Source: Candidatus Omnitrophota bacterium
Lineage (GTDB): Bacteria > Omnitrophota > Gorgyraeia > Gygaellales > Profunditerraquicolaceae
DNA: 64,000 nucleotides
Assembly: GCA_041651115.1 (NCBI GenBank)
Contig: JBAZJY010000002.1
Span: forward strand, 414,855-478,854
Direction: 5' to 3'
Shown: in pieces, positions 28,470 to 38,749 of the stretch
Position numbering within the stretch: the stretch's first letter is position 1
Layout: every line of letters starts with the position of its first letter
Position numbers and translations under genes: made by a program
The notes under the pieces: generated by a model
What the model saw: only the letters and a program-made list of their open reading frames with translations
Databases searched by the model: none
What the model was told of the DNA's origin: nothing

Positions 28470-30375
28470 ACTGATCGGCCCGCTGATCCGCCTGCTGCCG
28501 TTCAGGATAAGCATGCGCCTTGGCAGGGCTGTCGGTGAATTGATGTATTGGTTTGATTTTAAGCATCGCGCCATTGCCTATGCTAACATAAAAAGGGCTT
28601 TAGGCGCAGAGCTTTCTCCCCGGGAATTAAAGAAGACAACGCGAAATTTTTTCCGCGCCTTTGGCCAGAACATCATAGATATTTTTCTTATTCCCCTGAT
28701 CGGCAAGAAGCATATGGATAAATATCTGGAGATAGAAGGCAGGGGCAATATTGCCGCAGCATTCAAAAAAGGCAAGGGCGTGATATTTTTGGCCGTGCAT
28801 GCCGGAAGCTGGGAGCTTTCCAACGTCATCTGCGCAAACCTCGGCTTTCCCTTCCGGATGTTCGTGCGCAGCCAGAATATGCCGCGGCTGAATAAATTAT
28901 TGAATTCTTACCGTCAGCAAAATGGCTGCCGCATATTTGAACGCGATGACCATGGCCAGTTGCGCGAGCTGATCAAGACATTAAAAGATAACGAGGCTAC
29001 GGGAATGACTATTGATCAAGGGGGAAGGTCCGGGATGCTCATCGATTTTTTCGGCAAGAATGCCTCGATGTCTTCCGGGGCGATAAAGCTTGCTTTAAAA
29101 TATGATGCGGCGATATTGCCGTCTTCTTACGCCCGAAAAAATGGCGCATATTATAAGCTGGTTATTGACCCGCCGTTTGAGCTGAAAAAAACAGGCGATC
29201 CGGATGCGGACGTAAAGAATAACCTGCAGGCGCTGGTGAAGTTATTTGAGGGGCATATCCGGCAATATCCCGCCGAATATCTCTGGACGTATAAGATATG
29301 GAAATATTCCAATACAAGGGACATACTTGTTTTAAGCGACGGCAAAGCCGGCCACTTAAGGCAATCAGAAGCAGCGGCTAAGGCCATAGTGGATTGTCTT
29401 AGGCAGCGCGGGATAACCGCGAGGGTTAAGACGCTTGAGGTAAAAATTTCCGGTAAGTTCGGACGTTCTTGCCTGGCGCTCTGCGGAATGTTTTCAGGAA
29501 AATATTCCTGTCAGGGCTGCCTGGCGTGTTTGCGCAGGTTTATTCCTAAAGAAAGCTACGGGTCGTTGGTTAGAGAAGCCGCGGATATTGTTATCTCCTG
29601 CGGCTCATCATTAGCGGGTATTAATCATTTTATCGCGCGGGAAAACCGCGCGAGGTCGGTAGTAATCATGCGGCCGGCATTTTTAGGCTTGAGAAGGTTT
29701 GACTTGGCAATAATACCGCGCCATGACCGTCCGCCAAAAAGGAAGAATGTGGCGGTTACCGAAGGCGCCTTGAATCTGATCGACGCCGGTTATTTAAAGG
29801 AGCAGGCGGAAAAACTAACGCAAGCGCCGGGCTTCAGTCGCCAGGCATCGGGCCTTAACATAGGCGTATTGATCGGCGGAGATGCAAAAAATTTTCATCT
29901 GGATCCCGGCGTAGTAAAGACAGTGATCAGTCAAATAAAGTCATTTGCTCAAGAAGAAAGTGCGGCCTTGCTTGTTACTACTTCGCGCAGGAGCGGCCCT
30001 GAAATTGAGGCGTTAGTCAAAAGTGAATTAGGGAATTATGCGGCCTGTAAATTTCTTGTTATCGCCGGTGAAAATAACCCTGAATTCAGCGTGGGAGGTA
30101 TACTTGGTTTAAGCGATATCGTGGTTGTTTCCCCGGAAAGCATTTCTATGGTTTCTGAAGCTGCCAGCTCCGGAAAATACGTAATTGCCTTTGATGCGCA
30201 AGTCAGCCGCCGGCACCGCAGATTTTTGTCCGGATTGGCAGAGAAAAAATATATTTATCTTCAGCCGGCGCAGGAGCTTTCCAGCCTGATGAGCAGGATA
30301 AAGTCGCAGCGGCCGGAGATCAAAATATTGAATGACAGGGATAGCCTTAAAGAAGCGATCGGTAGGATAATATGA
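28423..30375 (+). CDS. Lipid A biosynthesis lauroyl/myristoyl acyltransferase (LpxL/HtrB-like) fused to a C-terminal Elm1/DUF1022-like putative glycosyltransferase domain
   Basis: The N-terminal roughly 300 aa is LPLAT-family. The C-terminal roughly 340 aa resembles PF06258 (Elm1-like). The start is placed at MNKDFW; the upstream ATG at 28390 is also possible. Confidence 0.7.
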   Translation: MNKDFWKDYLSCTALKLIGPLIRLLPFRISMRLGRAVGELMYWFDFKHRAIAYANIKRALGAELSPRELKKTTRNFFRAFGQNIIDIFLIPLIGKKHMDKYLEIEGRGNIAAAFKKGKGVIFLAVHAGSWELSNVICANLGFPFRMFVRSQNMPRLNKLLNSYRQQNGCRIFERDDHGQLRELIKTLKDNEATGMTIDQGGRSGMLIDFFGKNASMSSGAIKLALKYDAAILPSSYARKNGAYYKLVIDPPFELKKTGDPDADVKNNLQALVKLFEGHIRQYPAEYLWTYKIWKYSNTRDILVLSDGKAGHLRQSEAAAKAIVDCLRQRGITARVKTLEVKISGKFGRSCLALCGMFSGKYSCQGCLACLRRFIPKESYGSLVREAADIVISCGSSLAGINHFIARENRARSVVIMRPAFLGLRRFDLAIIPRHDRPPKRKNVAVTEGALNLIDAGYLKEQAEKLTQAPGFSRQASGLNIGVLIGGDAKNFHLDPGVVKTVISQIKSFAQEESAALLVTTSRRSGPEIEALVKSELGNYAACKFLVIAGENNPEFSVGGILGLSDIVVVSPESISMVSEAASSGKYVIAFDAQVSRRHRRFLSGLAEKKYIYLQPAQELSSLMSRIKSQRPEIKILNDRDSLKEAIGRII

Positions 30376-32462
30376 ACATTTTACAAATATTGCCCGAACT
30401 GAACGTCGGGGGGGTTGAGACGGGTACGCTTGACATGGCAAAGTACCTGGTCAGGCTTGGCCATAAAGCAGTAGTCGTTTCAAATGGCGGGAATCTGGTC
30501 AAGGAGCTTGAGGCCTTGGGCGCTGTGCATTACCAGCTTCCCGTGCATAAGAAATCTTTTTCCACGATGATCAAATGCGTGCCTAAACTGGCGGAGATCA
30601 TTAAAAAGGAGAAGATAGATATTGTCCACGCGCGTTCGCGTGTGCCGGCCTGGATTGCTTATTTTGCCGCAAGAAAATCCGGCTGTTTGTTTATCACTAC
30701 TTGCCATGGTTACTATAAGAAGCATCCGTTTAGTTATGTAATGGGCTGGGGAAAGCGAGTTATTTGCCCCAGTAACGTGATTGCCCGGCATATGATCGAT
30801 GATTTCAACGTTCCGCACGAACGGATAAAGCTGGTTCCGCGCAGCGTGGACCTGGAAAAATTCAAATTCGTCAGCCCGGATAAAAAGCGCAAAGCGGAGT
30901 TTAACGTCGGCATAATCGGCAGGATCACGCCGATAAAAGGCCACTTGCATTTTATCAAGGCAATGGCAAAGCTTAGCCGGTCAGTGCCTCGGCTTAAGGT
31001 CTGGATAATCGGAGATGCGCCTGCTTCACGCGAAGCCTATAAAGAACAAATACAGGTCCTGGCGCGCAGGCTCGGCCTCTGGAATTGCACGCAGTTTCTG
31101 GGTACGCAGCGCGATATCCCGTCTATACTTTCCCATCTTGACCTTTTGGTGCTTCCTACGACCACGCAAGAGGCATTTGGCAGGGTGATTATCGAGGCGC
31201 AGGCAGCAGGTGTACCGGTGATCGCCACAAAGGTCGGCGGCATAGTGGATGTTATTGACGACGGAATAACCGGCATGCTTGTTCCGCCGGCTGACCCTTC
31301 GGCAATAGCAGAGGCGGCGTTGAAGATATTTAGGGACAGTGATTTTTCCGCCAGGCTTGCTGCGGCAGCCCTGGAAAAAGCAAAAGACAGGTATAACGTG
31401 GAATTAATGGTGAATAATACCATTGAAGTCTATCAGCAGGCTTTGGATAACTTTAATATACTGGTGATAAAATTAAGCTCGCTGGGCGACGTGATACTTT
31501 CCAGCGCGGCTTTGCGGGCGATCCGGAAAAAGTTCGGTCCGAATTACAAGATCGCCGTACTGGCGGGCAATGAATCAAAAGACGTGCTTTTTTCCTGCCC
31601 GTATATAGACGAGCTGCTCGTTTGCGATCTAAAGAGCAGGGATAAGGGATTAGCCGGTATCTGGAAGCTCGGCCGGGTTTTAAGAAAAAAGAATTTTGAC
31701 ATTGTTATTGACCTGCAGAATAACCGCGCAAGCCATATACTTTCTGCCTTGAGCCTGGCAATAAACCGCTACGGCTATGCCAACAAAAAATTATCTTTCT
31801 TGCTTAACCACCGGATAAAAAACGAAAAACCGGCGATCGATCCGGTCAGCCATCAGTTCAAGGTGCTTGAGATGCTGGGCATAAAACTGGAAGACCCCGC
31901 GTTAGAATTATGGCCGTCGCAGGAAGATGCGCGTTACATCGATGAATTCCTGAGCGCTCAATGGATGAGCGCAACCCAGAAGATCGCGGGGATAAATATA
32001 AACGCCAGCCAGCGCTGGTTAAGCAAGAGCTGGCCGCTTGCCCAGATGACAAAACTATGCGAAGAGCTGTCGCGGCTGGACATGCGGGTGGTTATTACCG
32101 GCACAAAGGATGACGCCCAAAAAGCGGATCTCCTTGCCGGCTCCCTGAAGAACTCGCCGGTGATAAATGCCTGCGGTAAGACAACGGTTAACCAACTGGC
32201 GTGCCTGATCAAAAAATGCGACGTCTATATTTCCGCAGATTCCGCTCCTTTGCATATTACCGCGGCAATGAAAACGCCCTTCATCGCTTTATTCGGGCCG
32301 ACTGACCCGGCCAGGCACCTGGCGCCGGCAAAGGATTATGTGCTGATAAAAAAGGATCTGCATTGCAGCCCTTGTTATAAGCCGAAATGCGGGAATAAGA
32401 AGTGTATGAACCTGATTACGGCAGAAGAAGTGCTGGCAGCAGTAAAGAAATTATTAAAATGA
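30372..32462 (+). CDS. Fusion of a GT4-family glycosyltransferase (N) and a GT9 heptosyltransferase-like domain (C)
   Basis: N: ILPELNVGGVETG plus an EX7E-type C-terminus of the GT4 half. C: ILVIKLSSLGDVILSSAALRAI...HCSPCYKPKCG, typical of WaaC/WaaF. Confidence 0.8.
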   Translation: MNILQILPELNVGGVETGTLDMAKYLVRLGHKAVVVSNGGNLVKELEALGAVHYQLPVHKKSFSTMIKCVPKLAEIIKKEKIDIVHARSRVPAWIAYFAARKSGCLFITTCHGYYKKHPFSYVMGWGKRVICPSNVIARHMIDDFNVPHERIKLVPRSVDLEKFKFVSPDKKRKAEFNVGIIGRITPIKGHLHFIKAMAKLSRSVPRLKVWIIGDAPASREAYKEQIQVLARRLGLWNCTQFLGTQRDIPSILSHLDLLVLPTTTQEAFGRVIIEAQAAGVPVIATKVGGIVDVIDDGITGMLVPPADPSAIAEAALKIFRDSDFSARLAAAALEKAKDRYNVELMVNNTIEVYQQALDNFNILVIKLSSLGDVILSSAALRAIRKKFGPNYKIAVLAGNESKDVLFSCPYIDELLVCDLKSRDKGLAGIWKLGRVLRKKNFDIVIDLQNNRASHILSALSLAINRYGYANKKLSFLLNHRIKNEKPAIDPVSHQFKVLEMLGIKLEDPALELWPSQEDARYIDEFLSAQWMSATQKIAGININASQRWLSKSWPLAQMTKLCEELSRLDMRVVITGTKDDAQKADLLAGSLKNSPVINACGKTTVNQLACLIKKCDVYISADSAPLHITAAMKTPFIALFGPTDPARHLAPAKDYVLIKKDLHCSPCYKPKCGNKKCMNLITAEEVLAAVKKLLK

Positions 32463-33553
32463 AGATATTATTATTGGCAAATCATCTTAATGTCGGCGGG
32501 ATCACCAGCTATGTTTATTCTCTTGGTTGCGGAATGAAAGCGGCCGGGCATTATGTTTATGTGGCTGCTTCCGGAGGCGAAACATTGCCGAAATTCAAAG
32601 CCGCAGGCATAGAGTTTATTCGCTTGCCGTTGAACACGAAAGCGGAAGCCGGCCCTAAAGCGCTGTTTAGCCTATTCAGGCTTTTACTTCAGCTGCGGGA
32701 GAAAAAGATCGATATTATGCATGCAAATACCCGCGTTACGCAGGTAGTAGCTTGTCTGGCTGCCAGGTTTTCCGGCGTGCCTTTTGTGTCCACCTGCCAC
32801 GGATTTTTTAAGACAAGAGTTTTTCGTAGAGTATTCCCGTGCTGGGGCAAAAGGGTCATTGCCGTCAGCCAACAGGTTAAGGAACATTTAACGGATGATT
32901 TCCGGGTTGATGCGGGAAGAATAAGAGTTATTGCCAACGGCATAGATATAGCAAAATTCAAGGCCATGGACCCGGGATCAAAAAATGAGGCAAAAATAAA
33001 ATTAGGATTAGGCAGCGGCCCGGTGATCGGCATCGTTGCCCGGCTCTCCGATGTCAAGGGCCACGTTTATCTTATTGAGGCAATGCAAAAGGTGCTTCTG
33101 GATATTCCCGCTGCGCAGTTGGTGATTGCCGGAGATGGAAAAATGAAAGATACGTTAGTGTCCTTAAGCAAACGGCTGGGTATCGCGGAAAAAGTATTTT
33201 TTGTCCCTACGCTTGCGGATACCCTGGACGTCCTTTCAGCCTTAGACCTTTTTATTCTGCCTTCGCTTAAGGAAGGCCTGGGCCTGAGCCTGATGGAAGC
33301 AATGGCCTGCGGCATCTGCAGCATCGGCTCCAATATCGGCGGCATAAAGACTTTGATACAAGACGGATATAGCGGGATTTTAGTCGAGCCTAAAAACATA
33401 AACGCGATTTATCGCGCCATAACCGGGCTTTTAAAAGATCCCGCGAAGAGGGAAATGCTCGGCGCAAACGGCCGGGAATTTATTACCGGCAGGTTTTCTC
33501 TTGAACAGATGGTATCTTCTACAGAAGGGGTTTATAAAGAATGTTTAAGTTAA
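32459..33553 (+). CDS. GT4-family glycosyltransferase
   Basis: MKILLLANHLNVGGITSYV ... EGLGLSLMEAMACG. Confidence 0.8.
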   Translation: MKILLLANHLNVGGITSYVYSLGCGMKAAGHYVYVAASGGETLPKFKAAGIEFIRLPLNTKAEAGPKALFSLFRLLLQLREKKIDIMHANTRVTQVVACLAARFSGVPFVSTCHGFFKTRVFRRVFPCWGKRVIAVSQQVKEHLTDDFRVDAGRIRVIANGIDIAKFKAMDPGSKNEAKIKLGLGSGPVIGIVARLSDVKGHVYLIEAMQKVLLDIPAAQLVIAGDGKMKDTLVSLSKRLGIAEKVFFVPTLADTLDVLSALDLFILPSLKEGLGLSLMEAMACGICSIGSNIGGIKTLIQDGYSGILVEPKNINAIYRAITGLLKDPAKREMLGANGREFITGRFSLEQMVSSTEGVYKECLS

Positions 33554-34341
33554 CGCGTAAAGTTTTAATAACTTTTTTGGCCGCAGTATTGCTGTTTACG
33601 GCTGCATTCTTCGGTTTTATGCGGGACAAATATATTATCCCGGTATTTATGTACCATTCTGTAAGCCCGCAGCAAGACCCGGGTTCTAATGCGCTTATCG
33701 TGACGCCGCAGGCATTTGAAAGGCAGATGCGCTTCCTAAAAAATTTCAGCTATAATGTCATGCCCCTTGAGGCAGTAGCGGAACTGATCAGAAATAAAAA
33801 GAAGCTTCCGCCGCGGTTGGTTGTCATAACCCTTGACGACGGATACAAGGATAATTATACCTATGCCTTTCCGGTGTTAAAAAAATACGCGCTTCCGGCA
33901 ACAATATTCATCATTACCGGCGAAGTGGGCAGGCCGGACAGGTTAAGCTGGGGCGAGATTAAGGAAATGCAATCTTCCGGGTTTATTACTTTTGGCAGCC
34001 ACTGCCTCGGCCCGGAACCGCTGATAAACATTAAATCCGGAGATGAAGTGAAGAGGCAGATATTTGAATCAAAAAGGATCCTGGAAGAAAAATTAGGCGC
34101 GCCGGTTGCGATGTTCAGTTATCCCGAAGGAAAATTCAACTTTAAAATAAAGCAACTGGTGGCCGATGCCGGATATAAGCTTGCGGTAGCCACAACCCCG
34201 GGCATAAAATATCCTGCTTCAGACGTTTTCCTGATAAAGCGGCTGCGTATTTCCGAAAACGCCGCCAATCCGTTCGTGCTTTGGTTCAAGGCAAGCGGAT
34301 TTTATAGTTTTTTCCGGGAGAGCCGGGATAAATATAAGTAA
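33541..34341 (+). CDS. Polysaccharide deacetylase (NodB homology domain)
   Basis: VITLDDGYKDNY and ATIFIITGEVG NodB motifs, with an N-terminal TM helix. Confidence 0.8.
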   Translation: MFKLTRKVLITFLAAVLLFTAAFFGFMRDKYIIPVFMYHSVSPQQDPGSNALIVTPQAFERQMRFLKNFSYNVMPLEAVAELIRNKKKLPPRLVVITLDDGYKDNYTYAFPVLKKYALPATIFIITGEVGRPDRLSWGEIKEMQSSGFITFGSHCLGPEPLINIKSGDEVKRQIFESKRILEEKLGAPVAMFSYPEGKFNFKIKQLVADAGYKLAVATTPGIKYPASDVFLIKRLRISENAANPFVLWFKASGFYSFFRESRDKYK

Positions 34342-34366
34342 TCCTTATGCAGAAAAGGAGCGAAGC

Positions 34367-35395
34367 ATGAATCCTAAACGCATATTGATCTTTAATGTTA
34401 ATTGGCTGGGGGACGTTTTGTTCTCTACGGCAGCAATCAGGAATGTCCGGCGTAATTACCCAGAAAGTTTCATTGCCTGCGTTATACCCAGCCGGTGCTA
34501 TCCGGTGCTTAAAGGCAACCCTCATCTGGATGAAGTGATCATTTTTGATGAGGCAGACCGCCATAAGGCCACGCTGGAAAAACTTAAATTCGTCAAATAC
34601 CTCAAAGATAAAAAATTCGACATTGCTTTCTTATTGCACCGTTCTTTTACCCGGGCATTGATCTGCCGGCTTGCCGGCATCCCCGAGAGGATCGGACACT
34701 ACACTAAAAAACGCGCTTTTCTATTGACGAAGAAGATCGTCCCACCTGAGCGCGACAGCCTGCACCGCATTGATTATTATTTGAACGTTATTGAGCAGGC
34801 AGGCCTGCGTATTGAAGACAGGTATACCGAATTTTTCGTGAGCGATGAAGACGATGATTTTGCCGGTACTTTTCTCAAAAATAACTCCCTGGGGAAAAGC
34901 GATTTTATAGTCGGGGTCAACGCCGGCGGGAATTGGCTTCCGAAGCGCTGGCCCGTGCATTATTGGGCAGAGCTTTGCGACCGGCTGATCTCGGAGCTTG
35001 GGTGTAAGGTCATCGTTACCGGCAGTTCAGCGGACCTTAAGCTTGCAAGGAGCATCCAGGATTCAATGAAAGCGAAGCCGGTCATTGCAGCCGGGATATT
35101 TAATATTAAGCAGATGGCGGCATTATGCAAAAAATTAGATTTGTTCATTACCGCCGATACCGGGCCGCTGCATATTGCCAATGCGGTGGGCGCCAAAAAA
35201 ATAATCGCGCTCTTCGGCCCGACGTCTCCGGCGATCACCGGCCCGTTCCCGTCTACCAACGTGGCGATCCTGCGTAAAGACGTGGGCTGCAAGATTCCCT
35301 GTTATGTAGTCAAGTGTAAAGATAACAAGTGTATGAAGGCAATTACCGTAGATGATGTTGTCAACGAAGTTAGGCAGCTTTTACCTAAGCGTTAA
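34367..35395 (+). CDS. GT9 lipopolysaccharide heptosyltransferase
   Basis: ILIFNVNWLGDVLFSTAAI ... ADTGPLHIANAVG ... C-x-PC. Confidence 0.82.
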   Translation: MNPKRILIFNVNWLGDVLFSTAAIRNVRRNYPESFIACVIPSRCYPVLKGNPHLDEVIIFDEADRHKATLEKLKFVKYLKDKKFDIAFLLHRSFTRALICRLAGIPERIGHYTKKRAFLLTKKIVPPERDSLHRIDYYLNVIEQAGLRIEDRYTEFFVSDEDDDFAGTFLKNNSLGKSDFIVGVNAGGNWLPKRWPVHYWAELCDRLISELGCKVIVTGSSADLKLARSIQDSMKAKPVIAAGIFNIKQMAALCKKLDLFITADTGPLHIANAVGAKKIIALFGPTSPAITGPFPSTNVAILRKDVGCKIPCYVVKCKDNKCMKAITVDDVVNEVRQLLPKR

Positions 35396-35416
35396 TTTAT
35401 AACTAATTATGTATTT

Positions 35417-35590
35417 CTATTTTGCGTCTGCCTTGTCTTGTTTCTCGCAGGGACGCTCGCCCCGCCCAGCGTGCGGGGCTTCGCTCGGGAGTCGGCTTTC
35501 GCTCTGCCCTAGCGCATACTCGGGCAACCGTGCCCGCTCAAGCCTCCTACGCCCTGCTCAAAACAAAACAAATCAGCCGCAAAATTATAT
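35417..35590. repeat. Family-C structured repeat, copy 2 (about 175 nt)
   Basis: It shares the core and TIR-like ends with 4543..4765 but lacks the 46-nt insert. It is intergenic between GT9 genes. Confidence 0.8.
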
Positions 35591-35600
35591 GGCATAACAT

Positions 35601-37640
35601 ATGGAGGACATTAAGAAAATATTATTCATTACTTTAAGCAACATCGGTGATGTTGTGTTGACCTTGCCGGCGCTGGACCATTTGCGGCAGAAGTTCCCGT
35701 CGGCAAAGGTCTCGGTGATGTGCGGCCAGCGGGCAAGGGAAATATTTGAAGGTGCTCCTTTTATTGAGGAAACGGTCATTTTTGATAAACACGCGGCGTT
35801 AAAAGAAAAAATAAGGCTGTTCAAAGCCTTAAAAGCCAAGAAGTTTGACGCCGTGATCGACCTGCGCAATTCTTTGTTCGGTTTGGGCCTGCCGGCAAAA
35901 TACAAGGTCCCGGTTTTGCGAAAACTTCCTGCGGGTTTGGCGCATATGAAGGATAAGCACTTGTATAAAGTAGCGGGAAAGCAGGCTGCAGATAGCCTGC
36001 GGCATTCGCTTTATATCTCTGCCGCTGATGAAGACTGCGTCGGCCGGATATTAAAGGACAGCCATATTGCTGTCGATGACAGATTGATAGTTATTGCGCC
36101 GGGAAGCCGCAGTCACACCAAGAAATGGGCTAAGGAAAAATTTGTGGAGTTGATTAATCTATTGGCTGGCGAAACAGGGGTAAAAATAGTATTAGCCGGA
36201 GATAAAGCTGATTTGGATACTGCCGATTATATTGCCGCTGCCTGCGGGGCAAAGGCGATAAACCTCTGCGGAAAAACTAATTTGCGCGAGCTCGCCTGCC
36301 TTTTAAAAAGATCAACGCTGCTAGTGACTAATGACAGCGCAGCCTTGCACATAGCGGGTTATTTAGATATCCCGGTTGTCGCGGTATTCGGCATAACCAA
36401 TGAAGTTAAGTATGGCCCGTGGTCACAGAGGCGCGCAGTGGTCAAAAGGGATATTTTCTGCCGGCCATGTGAAAAGGCGCAGTGCAGATTTGGTACTTTG
36501 AAATGTATGCAGCTGATAAAAGTGGAAGACGTATTAAGAGCAGCTAAAGAACTCTTATTCCAGCACCCAGCACCTAACACCAAACACCTGAAACCTGATT
36601 TCCGGCGTATACTTGTTGTGCGCACAGACAGGATCGGCGATGTGCTCCTTTCCACGCCTGTGTTTAAGGCGTTGCGGCAAGCCTATCCGAGCGCTTATAT
36701 TGCCGCGATGGTCAGCCCCTACGCTAAAGAGATCGTTGAAGGCAATCCTTATATTGACGACGTCATAATCTACGATAAAGATTTTAAGCACCGGAGCTGG
36801 AGCAGGTCAATGAAATTCGCTTCCCGGCTGCGTAAAAAGCATTTTGACCTGGCGCTTATCCTGCATCCTATAAACCGCAGCCACCTGATCGCCTTCTTTG
36901 CCGGCATAAAAAGAAGGATCGGTTTTGACAGGAAGCTGGCCTTTTTGCTTACCGATAAAATAAAACACGTTAAGCAGGAAGGAGATAGGCATGAATTGGA
37001 ATATACGCTTGACCTCGTAAGATACTTAGGCATTGAACCGCAGGATAAACAGCCGTTCATGCCGTTAAAGCCTGATTCGGAAAAGTGGGCTGATGAATTG
37101 TTCAGCCGTGAGTCCTTGACAGCGCAGGATAGGTTGTTGGCGATAAATCCCGCTGCCAGCTGCCCGTCTAAGATCTGGCCGGCAGAAAGGTTTGCCGAAA
37201 CAGCGGATAAACTGGCGGATAAATACGGCTTTAAGGTATTGATCTTTTCCGGGCCGAAAGATACAAAATTAGCGGAAACAGTCTTAGGCCATATGCAACA
37301 CCGGGTGATCAACCTTGCGGGAAAAACATCCGTCAGCCAGCTTGCCAGCGCGTTAAAGCGGTGCAGCCTGTTTATTTCCAATGATTCCGGGCCGGTGCAT
37401 ATTGCCGCGGCCGTGGGAGTGCCGGTGATCTCCATTTTCGGCAGGAACCAGAAGGGTTTGAGCCCGAAAAGATGGGGGCCGGTGGGGCCCCTGGATATTA
37501 TTTTGCACCGGCAGGCAGGATGCATCGAATGCCTGGCGCATAATTGCCTGAAAGATTTTGCCTGTTTAAAGTTGATCAAGGTTGACGACGTTGTTAAGGC
37601 AGCAGATACTATCTTGGAAGCACGTAGAGATCATGGTTAA
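35601..37640 (+). CDS. Tandem double GT9 heptosyltransferase (two complete GT9 modules in one 679-aa protein)
   Basis: Module 1 is ILFITLSNIGDVVLTLPAL...DSAALHIAG...CRPC. Module 2 is ILVVRTDRIGDVLLSTPVF...DSGPVHIAAAVG...CIEC. Confidence 0.82.
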   Translation: MEDIKKILFITLSNIGDVVLTLPALDHLRQKFPSAKVSVMCGQRAREIFEGAPFIEETVIFDKHAALKEKIRLFKALKAKKFDAVIDLRNSLFGLGLPAKYKVPVLRKLPAGLAHMKDKHLYKVAGKQAADSLRHSLYISAADEDCVGRILKDSHIAVDDRLIVIAPGSRSHTKKWAKEKFVELINLLAGETGVKIVLAGDKADLDTADYIAAACGAKAINLCGKTNLRELACLLKRSTLLVTNDSAALHIAGYLDIPVVAVFGITNEVKYGPWSQRRAVVKRDIFCRPCEKAQCRFGTLKCMQLIKVEDVLRAAKELLFQHPAPNTKHLKPDFRRILVVRTDRIGDVLLSTPVFKALRQAYPSAYIAAMVSPYAKEIVEGNPYIDDVIIYDKDFKHRSWSRSMKFASRLRKKHFDLALILHPINRSHLIAFFAGIKRRIGFDRKLAFLLTDKIKHVKQEGDRHELEYTLDLVRYLGIEPQDKQPFMPLKPDSEKWADELFSRESLTAQDRLLAINPAASCPSKIWPAERFAETADKLADKYGFKVLIFSGPKDTKLAETVLGHMQHRVINLAGKTSVSQLASALKRCSLFISNDSGPVHIAAAVGVPVISIFGRNQKGLSPKRWGPVGPLDIILHRQAGCIECLAHNCLKDFACLKLIKVDDVVKAADTILEARRDHG

Positions 37641-37762
37641 GTTATTGGGTTAAGGTTAAGAAGCCAGTATGGTAGTTAGGTTAGGGTTAAGTATTAATGA
37701 CCTAACCATAACCTTTAAACCATACCGGCATCCTAGCCCTAACCTTAACCATAACCTAACTA
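37641..37762. repeat. Family-A palindromic intergenic repeat, copy 2
   Basis: gttattgggttaaggttaagaagccagtatggt...ccataccggcatcct...aaccttaacc. Confidence 0.85.
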
Positions 37763-37766
37763 AAAA

Positions 37767-38744
37767 ATGAAGAAGATATTATTGATTCTTGCCTTATTTT
37801 TCTACTTTTCTCCCTGTCTTGCTGCGGACTTTGGCGCTTCGGATATGAAGAAGATATCCGACGAGCTTAAACGCGACCGGCAGGAGATGGAAAGGACCCG
37901 TCAGGCAATGAAGCAGGCAGAATGGGAAAAAAGACAGGTCGATGACGCCATAAAACGCCAGCGCGATGAGGCAAAACAATTACAGCGGCAGCTGGAAGAA
38001 GAAAAGCGCAGCGAACTTGCCAGGAGAAAGGCTGAAGAGGTCCGCAAGCCGAACAAATTCGTTGAGTTTATTGCCAGCTGGCCGGTACAATTCGCGTTTT
38101 ATTTCCTGGTCTTTGCCGGGTTCGGCACGCTGCTTTACTTTAAGGTCCTGGCGCCGCGTAAGAAGCCGGCTGAAGAAGAGCCTACCATTGAAGAGATAGG
38201 GCCGGATGTTTTGGCGGCAGCGACTCATTGGAGGTTCCGGGAAAAGGACTTTAAGAAATACCAGATGAAGCTTTCCGCTTTGGCCGATGCCAAAGTTATC
38301 GACGTGGATTCCGCGGAATTCAAAAAATATTTTATCCGGGATATGGTCATGACGGAGATCCTTTTTCAGGCTGCCGTGAGCAGGAAACTTGACAGCGATG
38401 CGGTATTTTTGGCCGAACTGAACAAGTATAAAGATTACGTATCGGGCTTAAATAAAGAAGGCGCGGCTTTTTTGAAATTATTGAATGATTATAAATCAAG
38501 TTTTGTCCCTGCCGCAGGCCAAAGGCCCGCCTATGCCGCTTATTATAAAGGCTTTTTGGACCTGCTCATGATCTTAAATGCTAACGAGGAGACCGAAATA
38601 TTTGAATTATACGAGAGGTTCCTTTTGATAAATAAGCTCGCCGGCTCAGGCGACGCTGCCGCCATGCAGCATGCGCTTGACGTCATCATCAATGAATTTA
38701 AATTAGCGCACAACGTGATCATCAAAGAGGAGGCTGCGGCATAG
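37767..38744 (+). CDS. Hypothetical signal-peptide protein with a periplasmic R/E/Q-rich coiled coil, one TM helix and a cytoplasmic helical domain
   Basis: 325 aa; signal MKKILLILALFFYFSPCLA; TM at FAFYFLVFAGFGTLLYF. I recognise no family. Confidence 0.5.
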   Translation: MKKILLILALFFYFSPCLAADFGASDMKKISDELKRDRQEMERTRQAMKQAEWEKRQVDDAIKRQRDEAKQLQRQLEEEKRSELARRKAEEVRKPNKFVEFIASWPVQFAFYFLVFAGFGTLLYFKVLAPRKKPAEEEPTIEEIGPDVLAAATHWRFREKDFKKYQMKLSALADAKVIDVDSAEFKKYFIRDMVMTEILFQAAVSRKLDSDAVFLAELNKYKDYVSGLNKEGAAFLKLLNDYKSSFVPAAGQRPAYAAYYKGFLDLLMILNANEETEIFELYERFLLINKLAGSGDAAAMQHALDVIINEFKLAHNVIIKEEAAA

Positions 38745-38749
38745 CATCC

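Noticed and set aside
27411-30375. lpxK / lpxL-fusion overlap as a frameshifted single gene or pseudogene
   Set aside because: Both reading frames give full-length, well-conserved proteins (the LpxK C-terminal tail is of normal length relative to E. coli LpxK). Overlap with an internal Met start is the simpler explanation.
36770-37579. Long antisense ORFs (36770..37579, 5106..5675, 7205..7741, 45365..45910, 59903..60457, 3986..4441 and others)
   Set aside because: They lie entirely inside well-supported plus-strand genes and have no recognisable domains. They are typical shadow ORFs of GC-biased coding sequence.
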